24,000 nt of DNA from Escherichia ruysiae. GTDB taxonomy: Bacteria; Pseudomonadota; Gammaproteobacteria; Enterobacterales; Enterobacteriaceae. Positions 1 to 9,222 of this stretch are shown piece after piece (the stretch's first letter is position 1; each line of letters begins with the position of its first letter). Under the pieces are notes generated by a model, which was given only the letters and a program-made list of their open reading frames with translations, was not told the origin of the DNA and searched no databases. A program made the translations under genes and the position numbers. Where the stretch lies: assembly GCF_902498915.1 (NCBI RefSeq), contig NZ_CABVLQ010000001.1; one strand, written 5' to 3'.

Positions 1-35
1 TGAGACAGTAGGCGAGGGGGAGATAGCCGGAAATC

Positions 36-65
36 GTAGGTCTGATAAGCGAAGCGAATCTGGCA
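36..65. repeat. Degenerate REP-like palindromic element
   Basis: gtaggtctgataagcgaagcgaatctggca resembles the REP consensus (gtaggcctgataag...catcaggc) seen in better form at 8720-8760. The arms are imperfect. Confidence 0.35.
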
Positions 66-86
66 ATTTCGCAAATCGCACATAGC

Positions 87-113
87 AAAAAAGCGCCTTT
101 AGGGCGCTTTTTT
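87..113 (-). terminator. Rho-independent terminator of the valU-valX-valY-lysV tRNA operon (hairpin flanked by A- and T-runs, potentially bidirectional)
   Basis: The stem agcgcc(92-97)/ggcgct(103-108) has a 5-nt loop. It is flanked by an A-run at 87-92 and a T-run at 108-113, and lies immediately downstream of tRNA-Lys on the minus strand. Confidence 0.7.
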
Positions 114-117
114 ACAC

Positions 118-193
118 TGGTGGGTCGTGCAGGATTCGAACCTGCGACCAATTGATTAAAAGTCAACTGCTCTACCAACTGAGCTAACGACCC
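118..193 (-). tRNA. lysV: tRNA-Lys (anticodon UUU)
   Basis: The reverse complement reads GGGTCGTTAGCTCAGTTGGTAGAGCAGTTGACTTTTAATCAATTGGTCGCAGGTTCGAATCCTGCACGACCCACCA. It is 76 nt with a cloverleaf, anticodon loop CTTTTAA and an encoded CCA. Confidence 0.97.
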
Positions 194-197
194 GAAG

Positions 198-273
198 TGG
201 TGGGTGATGACGGGATCGAACCGCCGACCCCCTCCTTGTAAGGGAGGTGCTCTCCCAGCTGAGCTAATCACCC
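198..273 (-). tRNA. valY: tRNA-Val (anticodon UAC), copy 3 of 3 in transcription order
   Basis: The reverse complement reads GGGTGATTAGCTCAGCTGGGAGAGCACCTCCCTTACAAGGAGGGGGTCGGCGGTTCGATCCCGTCATCACCCACCA. It is 76 nt with anticodon loop CTTACAA and an encoded CCA. Confidence 0.97.
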
Positions 274-319
274 ACTTCGGTACTTCACATTATTGCAAGA
301 AATTTAGCTGGCGAGAAAG

Positions 320-395
320 TGGTGGGTGATGACGGGATCGAACCGCCGACCCCCTCCTTGTAAGGGAGGTGCTCTCCCAGCTGAGCTAATCACCC
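320..395 (-). tRNA. valX: tRNA-Val (anticodon UAC), copy 2 of 3
   Basis: The 76-nt sequence is identical to 198-273. Confidence 0.97.
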
Positions 396-439
396 ACTTC
401 TCAATTTCTTGCTACACGGCGGAGACTACATAAAGTAGT

Positions 440-515
440 TGGTGGGTGATGACGGGATCGAACCGCCGACCCCCTCCTTGTAAGGGAGGTGCTCTCCCAG
501 CTGAGCTAATCACCC
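440..515 (-). tRNA. valU: tRNA-Val (anticodon UAC), copy 1 of 3 (promoter-proximal)
   Basis: The 76-nt sequence is identical to 198-273. Confidence 0.97.
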
Positions 516-532
516 CCGCTGTGTGGAGTCGC

Positions 533-560
533 ATTATAGGGAGAGTTGGAAATGAGTCAA
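533..560 (-). promoter_or_regulatory. Sigma70 promoter of the valU tRNA operon
   Basis: On the minus strand, -35 TTGACT (555-560) and consensus -10 TATAAT (533-538) are separated by a 16-nt spacer. A GC-rich discriminator (gcgactcc) follows, typical of stringently controlled stable-RNA promoters, about 18 nt upstream of the first tRNA. Confidence 0.6.
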
Positions 561-773
561 CGCATTTTCTAAAGAATTTGTTTGTTCGTCGTAAAATTAA
601 GCAGGATGATCGCAAAACAGACCGCGTTGCGCAATTTCTCAACGAAAACAATAATGCATCATGTAGCAACCCGAACTACATTGAGGAATCAGGCTGGAGT
701 GATAGAATATCGCCCACTCAATTTTTCCAGGATTTGCCGGTTGTCGGCATCTTTCTAAACGTAAGGCCATTTC

Positions 774-2189
774 ATGAAAATCAAAACTCGCTTCGCGCCA
801 AGCCCAACAGGCTATCTGCACGTTGGCGGCGCGCGTACTGCTCTTTACTCCTGGCTTTTTGCACGTAACCACGGCGGTGAGTTCGTGCTGCGTATTGAAG
901 ACACCGATCTTGAGCGTTCTACGCCGGAAGCTATCGAAGCCATTATGGATGGTATGAACTGGCTGAGTCTGGAGTGGGATGAAGGTCCGTACTATCAGAC
1001 CAAACGTTTTGATCGCTATAACGCAGTTATCGATCAGATGCTGGAAGAGGGCACGGCCTATAAATGCTATTGCTCTAAAGAGCGTCTGGAAGCACTGCGT
1101 GAAGAGCAAATGGCGAAAGGTGAAAAGCCGCGTTATGACGGTCGCTGCCGCCACAACCATGAACATCATGCTGATGATGAACCATGTGTCGTTCGTTTTG
1201 CTAATCCGCAAGAAGGTTCTGTGGTTTTTGACGATCAGATCCGTGGTCCGATCGAGTTCAGCAACCAGGAGCTGGATGATCTGATCATCCGCCGTACCGA
1301 TGGTTCTCCGACCTATAACTTCTGTGTAGTTGTCGATGACTGGGATATGGAAATCACCCATGTTATCCGTGGTGAAGACCATATCAACAACACGCCGCGC
1401 CAGATCAACATTCTTAAAGCCCTGAAAGCACCAGTGCCGGTTTATGCGCACGTTTCTATGATCAACGGCGATGATGGTAAAAAACTGTCCAAACGCCACG
1501 GTGCGGTCAGCGTAATGCAGTATCGTGATGACGGCTATCTGCCGGAAGCGTTGCTGAACTATCTGGTGCGTCTGGGCTGGTCTCACGGCGATCAGGAAAT
1601 CTTCACCCGTGAAGAGATGATCAAATACTTCACCCTGAATGCCGTCAGCAAATCCGCCAGCGCGTTCAATACCGACAAGCTGCTGTGGTTGAACCATCAC
1701 TACATTAACACGCTGCCGCCGGAGTATGTTGCTACCCATTTACAGTGGCACATCGAGCAGGAAAATATCGATACCCGCAACGGCCCGCAGCTGGCGGATC
1801 TGGTTAAACTGCTGGGTGAACGCTGCAAGACGCTGAAAGAGATGGCACAGAGCTGCCGTTACTTCTACGAAGATTTTGCTGAGTTCGATGCCGATGCAGC
1901 GAAAAAACATCTGCGCCCGGTAGCACGTCAGCCGCTGGAAGTAGTTCGCGACAAACTGGCCGCGATTACTGACTGGACAGCTGAAAACGTTCACCACGCT
2001 ATTCAGACGACGGCGGACGAGCTGGAAGTGGGAATGGGTAAAGTTGGTATGCCGCTGCGTGTCGCCGTTACTGGTGCGGGGCAGTCTCCGGCACTGGATG
2101 TTACCGTTCACGCGATCGGCAAAGCACGTAGCATCGAGCGCATCAATAAAGCTCTGGCTTTTATTGCTGAACGCGAAAACCAGCAGTAA
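774..2189 (+). CDS. gltX: Glutamyl-tRNA synthetase (class I aaRS)
   Basis: 471 aa. It has the HIGH-type motif [12 protein letters not shown], the KMSKS-type motif KLSKRHG, and the Zn-binding CYC...C.H cluster (CYCSKE...GRCRH). An SD-like aagg lies upstream, and the protein is near-identical to E. coli GltX by recall. Confidence 0.97.
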   Translation: MKIKTRFAPSPTGYLHVGGARTALYSWLFARNHGGEFVLRIEDTDLERSTPEAIEAIMDGMNWLSLEWDEGPYYQTKRFDRYNAVIDQMLEEGTAYKCYCSKERLEALREEQMAKGEKPRYDGRCRHNHEHHADDEPCVVRFANPQEGSVVFDDQIRGPIEFSNQELDDLIIRRTDGSPTYNFCVVVDDWDMEITHVIRGEDHINNTPRQINILKALKAPVPVYAHVSMINGDDGKKLSKRHGAVSVMQYRDDGYLPEALLNYLVRLGWSHGDQEIFTREEMIKYFTLNAVSKSASAFNTDKLLWLNHHYINTLPPEYVATHLQWHIEQENIDTRNGPQLADLVKLLGERCKTLKEMAQSCRYFYEDFAEFDADAAKKHLRPVARQPLEVVRDKLAAITDWTAENVHHAIQTTADELEVGMGKVGMPLRVAVTGAGQSPALDVTVHAIGKARSIERINKALAFIAERENQQ

Positions 2190-2207
2190 TTAGCGCATAA
2201 AAGATAA

Positions 2208-2237
2208 ACGGCAGGAGAAATACCCCTGCCGTTTTTT
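2208..2237 (+). terminator. Rho-independent terminator after gltX
   Basis: An 8-bp stem acggcagg/cctgccgt with a 9-nt loop is followed by T6 (2232-2237). It sits between the convergent genes gltX and yfeD. Confidence 0.8.
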
Positions 2238-2239
2238 AT

Positions 2240-2632
2240 TTATGCTGATTCGTCTATGTCGAGACGGGCAAGGAAATTACGAATTCCTTCACGCGATAAA
2301 AATTGCGCAACTTTTTCCTGCTCACTGTGAGTCATATTGTCTATTGCGCTGATGATTTGCCGATAAGCCGGAGTGCGCATACCTGGCGCGTATTCAGCAA
2401 GGGGTTCTTCGGCCTCAAGAAGCATTGGCGTATTATGGAAGGCAGGCGTGTTTTGAATAAATTCGCAAACGTGTGTGTCCAGTAGAATAAGTCTGGCGCG
2501 ACCTCCTTTCACTCCGGGAAATTTTTCTGTTTTCCAGCCTTTTTCTCTAATCCAGCGGTTAACGGTTTGTTTAGCCACACCGAGGCATTCCGCCAGTTCT
2601 TCGGTGGTCATTTTATTGCGTAATCTTTTCAT
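2240..2632 (-). CDS. yfeD: Small putative DNA-binding protein (HTH, YfeC/YfeD family, uncharacterised)
   Basis: 130 aa. The N-terminal HTH-like segment is MTTEELAECLGVAKQTVNRWIREKGW followed by PGVKGGRARL. It is a paralog of the adjacent yfeC, and its ATG lies 1 nt after the yfeC stop. Confidence 0.9.
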   Translation of the reverse strand: MKRLRNKMTTEELAECLGVAKQTVNRWIREKGWKTEKFPGVKGGRARLILLDTHVCEFIQNTPAFHNTPMLLEAEEPLAEYAPGMRTPAYRQIISAIDNMTHSEQEKVAQFLSREGIRNFLARLDIDESA

Positions 2633-2633
2633 A

Positions 2634-2978
2634 TTATTTGCTATTGCGAATCCCTAAGCGTTGTAATAACCCGATAATCCCTTCCCGCAGAAGCAATGAT
2701 GTAAACTGTTTTTGTTCAGCCGGCGTCATCTCTTTCGCCAGCGTAGCTAACAGCACTTCAAGCGGTGCATCGCCAGACAGGGCGGGTATTTCTCCCTGAC
2801 CCTCCGTGCGTTCTGCATTGCGAATATATTCACGAACCTGTTCATTGACGTGTACCAGTCGAGCCTTGCCCCCCTGGACGCCTGGTTTGGGTGATGTCGT
2901 CCAGCCTTCCTTGCGTACCCATTTATTAATGGTCTGGCGGCTATAACCGGTCAGTCTGGCAAGTTCATCTGGCGTCAT
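2634..2978 (-). CDS. yfeC: Small putative DNA-binding protein (HTH, YfeC/YfeD family, uncharacterised)
   Basis: The track ORF runs 2634..2993 (119 aa). I prefer the ATG at 2978 (114 aa) because a strong SD, AAGGAGAGG, directly precedes it. The HTH-like segment is MTPDELARLTGYSRQTINKWVRKEGW followed by PGVQGGKARL. Confidence 0.88.
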   Translation of the reverse strand: MTPDELARLTGYSRQTINKWVRKEGWTTSPKPGVQGGKARLVHVNEQVREYIRNAERTEGQGEIPALSGDAPLEVLLATLAKEMTPAEQKQFTSLLLREGIIGLLQRLGIRNSK

Positions 2979-3152
2979 CCTCTCCTTGAACATAACAATT
3001 CCCGGAATAGTTGTGGGTCTATTAAGTGTTCATTTTATAGCATCAATTTACATGAAACCGTGACATGAATAACTACTGAATGCGAGGCGTAATCCAAAAA
3101 TGTTCATTTGCCTGATTTTTCAGCGATTGAAACAAGGCGCTGCAATTTGCCG

Positions 3153-3181
3153 TTGACACATTCGGACGGAATTCATATGAT
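3153..3181 (+). promoter_or_regulatory. Sigma70 promoter of the alaW-alaX tRNA operon
   Basis: Consensus -35 TTGACA (3153-3158) and -10 TATGAT (3176-3181) are separated by a 17-nt spacer. A GC-rich discriminator gccgcccg follows, about 30 nt upstream of the first tRNA-Ala. Confidence 0.6.
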
Positions 3182-3213
3182 GCCGCCCGTCAACTCGACA
3201 AGCTTTACGTGAC

Positions 3214-3289
<76 letters not shown>

Positions 3290-3328
3290 AATTTTGCACC
3301 CAGCAAATTTGGTACGTAAACGCCTCGT

Positions 3329-3404
<76 letters not shown>

Positions 3405-3412
3405 AATTTCAA

Positions 3413-3439
3413 ACCCTCGCTGTGAAGCGGGGGTTTTTT
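3413..3439 (+). terminator. Rho-independent terminator of the alaWX operon
   Basis: The hairpin ccctcgc-tgtgaa-gcggggg is followed by T6, immediately after the second tRNA-Ala. Confidence 0.75.
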
Positions 3440-3611
3440 GTCTCTGATTTTTGCCGCTTTTGTAATACAGTCTACGTCCGGGTTAGTGCCGCCTGGTGAA
3501 AGCATCATTGGATGAAAAATCGGCAACAGGCCGGCCCCTGTTTGCTTCGCGATGCGAATAAACTTATTATTTGTGTGCCTGAAAACCCCGATCAGTGAGA
3601 GTAGTCTACTC

Positions 3612-5801
3612 ATGTTTGTGGAGCATAACCTGATAAAAAATATCAAGATATTCACACTGGCGTTTACGCTCACCGTGGTACTTATTCAGCTATCCCGTTT
3701 TATTTCGCCACTGGCCGTTATCCATTCCAGCTATATCTTTCTGGCGTGGATGCCACTGTGCGTAATGCTGTCAATATTATTCATCTTTGGCTGGCGTGGT
3801 GTTGTTCCTGTTTTATGCGGGATGTTTTGCACTAATCTGTGGAATTTTCATCTCTCATTTTTGCAAACTGCCGTCATGCTCGGCAGCCAGACATTTGTAG
3901 TGCTGTGTGCCTGTGCAATATTACGCTGGCAGTTAGGAACGCGTTGGCGTTATGGGTTGACCACCCGATACGTCTGGCAACGTCTCTTCTGGCTTGGTTT
4001 AGTGACGCCGATTGGCATCAAAGGCAGCATGTATCTGGTGGGTAGCTTTTTTGATTTCCCGCTAAAGATATCGACATTTTTCGGCGATGCAGATGCTATT
4101 TTCACGGTCGTTGATTTGCTTAGCCTTTTCACCGCTGTGCTGATTTACAACATGTTCTTTTACTATCTCACTCGCATGGTTGTAAGTCCCCACTTTGCGC
4201 AGATATTGTGGCGCAGGGATATCGCCCCGTCGCTGAACAAAGAGAAACGTGCATTTACTTTAAGCTGGCTGGTAACTCTTAGCGTGCTGCTGCTTCTGAT
4301 GTGTACGCCTTATGAAAACGATTTTATTGCCGGTTACCTGGTGCCCGTTTTCTTCATCATCTTTACCCTTGGTGTTGGTAAACTTCGTTATCCGTTTTTA
4401 AATCTCACCTGGGCTGTTTCGACTCTTTTCCTCCTGAATTACAACCAGAATTTTTTACAAGGAGTCGAAACCGAATATTCGCTGGCATTTATTCTCGCGG
4501 TGCTGATTTCCTTTAGCGTTTGCCTGCTTTACATGGTGCGTATTTATCATCGAAGTGAATGGCTTAATCGCCGCTGGCATTTGCAGGCGCTGACCGATCC
4601 ATTAACGCTATTACCCAACTTTCGTGCACTGGAGCAATCGCAAGAGCAGGAGGCAGGAAAGAGTTTTTGCTGCCTGCGTATTGATAATCTTGAGTTTCTG
4701 AGTCGTCATTACGGCCTGGTGATGCGTGTTCATTGTATCCGCTCAATTTACCGTACCTTGCTGCCGTTGATGCAGGAAAACGAAAAGTTGTATCAACTGC
4801 CGGGCAGTGAATTGCTGTTGGTACTGACCGGGCCGGAAACGGAAGGTCGACTACAGCATATGGTTAACATCCTCAATAGTCGGCAGATTCACTGGAACAA
4901 CACCGGCCTGGATATGGGCTATGGTGCCGCCTGGGGGCGTTTTGATGGCAATCAGGAAACCCTGCAGCCCATGCTGGGGCAGTTAAGCTGGCTGGCGGAA
5001 CAATCCTGCGTTCATCATCATGTGTTGGCGTTGGATAATCGAGAGGAAATAGCGTCCGGGCAGACCACCAAACAGGTACTGTTGCTGAACACCATTCGTA
5101 AGGCGTTAGATAATGGTGACTTGCTCCTCTACGCTCAGCCCATTCGAAACAAAGAGGGGCAGGGCTATGATGAGATCCTGGCGCGTCTGAAATATGACGA
5201 CGGCATTATGACGCCGGATAAATTTCTGCCGCTTATCGCCCAGTTTAACCTTAGCGCGCGTTTCGATTTGCAGGTGCTGGAATCTCTGTTGAAGTGGTTA
5301 GCAACTCACCCTTCCAACAATAAAGGTCCGCGCTTTTCAGTCAATTTAATGCCGCTCACTCTGCTGCAAAAAAATATCGCCGGGCGGATTATTCGTCTGT
5401 TTAAGCGTTATCACATCTCCCCGGAGACAGTCATTCTTGAGATCACCGAGGAGCAGGCGTTTTCAAATGCAGAAAGCAGCATGTACAACATCGAGCAACT
5501 GCATAAATTTGGCTTCCGTATTGCGATTGATGATTTTGGCACTGGTTATGCCAACTACGAGCGATTAAAACGTTTGCAGGCCGATATCATCAAGATTGAT
5601 GGCGTCTTTGTGAAAGATATAGTGACTAATACGCTGGATGCGATGATTGTGCGGTCAATTACCGACCTGGCGAAAGCGAAGTCGTTAAGCGTGGTAGCGG
5701 AGTTTGTCGAAACGCAACAGCAGCAGGCGTTATTGCATAAACTTGGGGTGCAATATCTGCAAGGGTATTTGATTGGTCGCCCTCAGCCATTAGTTGATTA
5801 A
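3612..5801 (+). CDS. pdeA: Membrane c-di-GMP phosphodiesterase: N-terminal multi-TM sensor (MASE1-like), degenerate GGDEF, then EAL
   Basis: The track ORF starts at 3552 (749 aa). The ATG at 3612 gives 729 aa (MFVEHNLIKN...), matching the E. coli YfeA/PdeA length by recall, and neither start has a strong SD. The N-terminal ~330 aa are highly hydrophobic. The GGDEF position reads PGSEL (degenerate). The EAL-domain signatures are intact: DEILARL, SVNL, EITEE, DDFGTGYA, KIDG, AEFVET, QGY. Confidence 0.92.
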   Translation: MFVEHNLIKNIKIFTLAFTLTVVLIQLSRFISPLAVIHSSYIFLAWMPLCVMLSILFIFGWRGVVPVLCGMFCTNLWNFHLSFLQTAVMLGSQTFVVLCACAILRWQLGTRWRYGLTTRYVWQRLFWLGLVTPIGIKGSMYLVGSFFDFPLKISTFFGDADAIFTVVDLLSLFTAVLIYNMFFYYLTRMVVSPHFAQILWRRDIAPSLNKEKRAFTLSWLVTLSVLLLLMCTPYENDFIAGYLVPVFFIIFTLGVGKLRYPFLNLTWAVSTLFLLNYNQNFLQGVETEYSLAFILAVLISFSVCLLYMVRIYHRSEWLNRRWHLQALTDPLTLLPNFRALEQSQEQEAGKSFCCLRIDNLEFLSRHYGLVMRVHCIRSIYRTLLPLMQENEKLYQLPGSELLLVLTGPETEGRLQHMVNILNSRQIHWNNTGLDMGYGAAWGRFDGNQETLQPMLGQLSWLAEQSCVHHHVLALDNREEIASGQTTKQVLLLNTIRKALDNGDLLLYAQPIRNKEGQGYDEILARLKYDDGIMTPDKFLPLIAQFNLSARFDLQVLESLLKWLATHPSNNKGPRFSVNLMPLTLLQKNIAGRIIRLFKRYHISPETVILEITEEQAFSNAESSMYNIEQLHKFGFRIAIDDFGTGYANYERLKRLQADIIKIDGVFVKDIVTNTLDAMIVRSITDLAKAKSLSVVAEFVETQQQQALLHKLGVQYLQGYLIGRPQPLVD

Positions 5802-5807
5802 CAGACG

Positions 5808-5840
5808 TAAAAAAGCCGGGGAATTATCCCCGGCTTTTTT
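5808..5840. terminator. Bidirectional rho-independent terminator between convergent pdeA and nupC
   Basis: A 7-bp stem gccgggg/ccccggc (5815-5821 / 5828-5834) with a 6-nt loop is flanked by an A-run (5808-5814) and a T-run (5835-5840). Confidence 0.8.
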
Positions 5841-5856
5841 AATGAATGTATTGGAC

Positions 5857-7059
5857 TTACAGCACCAGTGCTGCGATTGACGCAGAAAGCACACTCACCA
5901 GCGTAGAGCCGTAAACCAGTTTCAGACCGAAGCGAGAAACGACGTTACCTTGCTCTTCGTTCAGGCCTTTAACCGCGCCCGCGATAATCCCGATAGAAGA
6001 GAAGTTAGCAAAGGATACCAGGAATACAGAGATGATGCCTTCTGCACGCGGAGAAAGCGTGGAAGCAATTTTCTGCAGATCCATCATCGCAACGAACTCG
6101 TTGGAAACCAGTTTGGTCGCCATGATACTGCCCACTTGCAGTGCTTCACTGGAAGGAACACCCATCACCCATGCAATCGGATAGAATATGTAGCCCAGGA
6201 TGCCCTGGAAGGAGATGCTGTAGCCAAACCAACCAGTCACGGTGGCAAACAGTGCGTTCAGTGCGGCGATCAGGGCGATAAAGCCGATCAGCATCGCTGC
6301 AACGATAATGGCGACTTTGAAACCTGCCAGAATGTATTCACCCAGCATTTCGAAGAAGCTCTGACCTTCGTGCAGGTTGGACATCTGAATGTTTTCTTCG
6401 CTGGCATCAACGCGGTAAGGGTTGATCAGCGACAGTACGATAAAGGTGCTGAACATGTTCAGTACCAGTGCAGCAACGACGTATTTCGGCTCCAGCATCG
6501 TCATGTATGCGCCAACGATGGACATCGACACGGTGGACATCGCCGTTGCTGCCATGGTGTACATACGGTTACGGGAGATTTTGCCGAGGATATCTTTATA
6601 GGCGATAAAGTTCTCGGATTGTCCCAAAATCAGGGAGCTTACGGCGTTAAAGGATTCCAGTTTGCCCATGCCATTGACTTTGGAAAGCAGGAAACCAATC
6701 GCGCGAATAATCACCGGCAACACGCGAATGTGCTGGAGAATACCGATCAACGCAGAAATAAAGACGATAGGGCACAGCACTTTCAGGAAGAAGAACGCCA
6801 GGCCTTGATCATTCATGCTACCAAAGACGAAGTTAGTACCTTCGTTGGCAAATCCGAGCAGTTTTTCGAACATTTCGGAGAAGCCTTTCACGAAGCCCAG
6901 ACCAACGTCAGAGTTCAGGAAGAACCACGCCAGTAATACTTCGATAACAAGCAGTTGAATAATATAACGGATACGAATTTTTTTGCGGTCGCTGCTTGCC
7001 AGCAATGCGAGAATCGCAACAACGGCTAGTGCCAGTACAAAATGAAGGACGCGGTCCAT
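5857..7059 (-). CDS. nupC: Concentrative nucleoside:H+ symporter (CNT family)
   Basis: The track ORF extends to a GTG at 7098 (413 aa). The ATG at 7059 (400 aa, [14 protein letters not shown]...) is preceded by a GGAG SD 7 nt upstream. It is a polytopic membrane protein near-identical to E. coli NupC by recall. Confidence 0.95.
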   Translation of the reverse strand: MDRVLHFVLALAVVAILALLASSDRKKIRIRYIIQLLVIEVLLAWFFLNSDVGLGFVKGFSEMFEKLLGFANEGTNFVFGSMNDQGLAFFFLKVLCPIVFISALIGILQHIRVLPVIIRAIGFLLSKVNGMGKLESFNAVSSLILGQSENFIAYKDILGKISRNRMYTMAATAMSTVSMSIVGAYMTMLEPKYVVAALVLNMFSTFIVLSLINPYRVDASEENIQMSNLHEGQSFFEMLGEYILAGFKVAIIVAAMLIGFIALIAALNALFATVTGWFGYSISFQGILGYIFYPIAWVMGVPSSEALQVGSIMATKLVSNEFVAMMDLQKIASTLSPRAEGIISVFLVSFANFSSIGIIAGAVKGLNEEQGNVVSRFGLKLVYGSTLVSVLSASIAALVL

Positions 7060-7326
7060 ATTTGCTCCAAATATGAGGCAGGTTAAATTTCCGTGCACAT
7101 TCTATGCAACATGATTCAGGAAAACGAGATCTGACACACACTATAATGACGTCCTGTGACAAGCTTCAAAAATAGTGAGCTGTCCTACATTTCTGCTATG
7201 TTGTGTATGGAAGCGGAAAGTTATGTAAATGTGCTAACATTAAACATAAAAATAACATTCAAACCATCAATCTTTTCGTAGTCATAATCCTGGTCTATCA
7301 GAGAAATCATCACAACCCATTTAAAT

Positions 7327-7345
7327 GAATTTGATAATCATTCTC
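7327..7345. promoter_or_regulatory. Fur box upstream of mntH
   Basis: gaatttgataatcattctc matches the 19-bp Fur consensus GATAATGATAATCATTATC at 15/19 positions by my alignment. It lies about 55-70 bp upstream of the mntH ATG. Confidence 0.6.
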
Positions 7346-7360
7346 GTTTGACATAGCATG

Positions 7361-7382
7361 AAACATAGCAAAGGCTATGTTT
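7361..7382. promoter_or_regulatory. MntR operator (perfect inverted repeat) upstream of mntH
   Basis: aaacatagc-aaag-gctatgttt has perfect 9-bp arms and a 4-nt spacer, and ends 15 bp before the mntH ATG. It corresponds to the MntR-type AACATAGC...GCTATGTT box known for E. coli mntH. Confidence 0.7.
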
Positions 7383-7385
7383 TAG

Positions 7386-8636
<1,251 letters not shown>

Positions 8637-8662
8637 TTCAACTGGCGTCGTACCAGGCATCA

Positions 8663-8760
<98 letters not shown>

Positions 8761-8781
8761 GTGCTCCATTGGTGGATGTGT

Positions 8782-9108
8782 TTAATGACGATGTCCGTGT
8801 CCACGACCTTTCCCGCGATGATCATCACGGTCGCGCCAGCCTTCACGATAGCCACGCTCATACGCTTTACGCTTATCCCAGCCACGGTGGTAGCCATTAT
8901 CGTGACGCCACCAGCGGTTTTTACGCCATTCGTAATTACGATGCCAGTAATCACGGTCGCGCCAATGACCACCGTCCCAGTAATTACCATAATGATCGCG
9001 ATCGCCAATTTGTAATTTGATTGATGGCAGTAGGGTAATTTCACCTGCGTTTGCCGCAAGCGGGGTAAAAGCCATCAGGGCGGCCGCCAGAAACAGTGAC
9101 CTGAACAT
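8782..9108 (-). CDS. ypeC: Secreted small protein of unknown function, His/Arg/Trp/Asp-rich low-complexity (DUF2502-type)
   Basis: 108 aa. A strong SD GAAGGAG sits 7 nt upstream of the ATG. The Sec signal peptide [21 protein letters not shown] has an AxA cleavage site. The mature part has WRDRD repeats and ends in [10 protein letters not shown]. Confidence 0.88.
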
Positions 9109-9222
9109 TGTTATTCTCCTTCACGATCGAAGCCGTCAGCGGCCTGTTAACGCAATATTACGGGGAGGTAAAGCCCCGTTTCATCGCCATAACTCTTAAA
9201 TCATGATGGAGAGCATTTTTTG

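Noticed and set aside
198-515. The regular array of three identical 76-bp repeats separated by unique ~45-bp spacers superficially resembles a CRISPR repeat-spacer array.
   Set aside because: The repeats are complete tRNA-Val(UAC) genes with a cloverleaf, anticodon loop and CCA. The repeat length is far outside the CRISPR range, and no cas genes are present.
412-868. The ORF-track entries 412..669(-) and 446..868(+) were considered as coding regions.
   Set aside because: They run through a tRNA-Val gene and the valU/gltX promoter region, and have no SD or family resemblance. They are spurious.
639-1739. The long 366-aa ORF antisense to gltX was considered. Similar long antisense ORFs were also considered: 5950..6936(+) opposite nupC, 13678..14373(-) opposite ypdF, and 11097..11585(-) opposite glk.
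   Set aside because: Each lies entirely opposite a highly conserved, clearly real gene. None has an SD or start context, and the translations are low-complexity (R/Q/H/N/F-rich) with no recognisable motifs. These are typical shadow ORFs caused by the codon bias of the sense gene.
3552-3611. The ORF track suggests N-terminal extensions for pdeA (start 3552), nupC (GTG 7098), yfeC (ATG 2993) and ypdB (TTG 19744).
   Set aside because: For nupC, yfeC and ypdB the downstream starts have clear SD sequences at proper spacing. For all four, the downstream starts give the lengths I recall for the E. coli proteins. The pdeA case remains ambiguous and is noted in the feature and finding.
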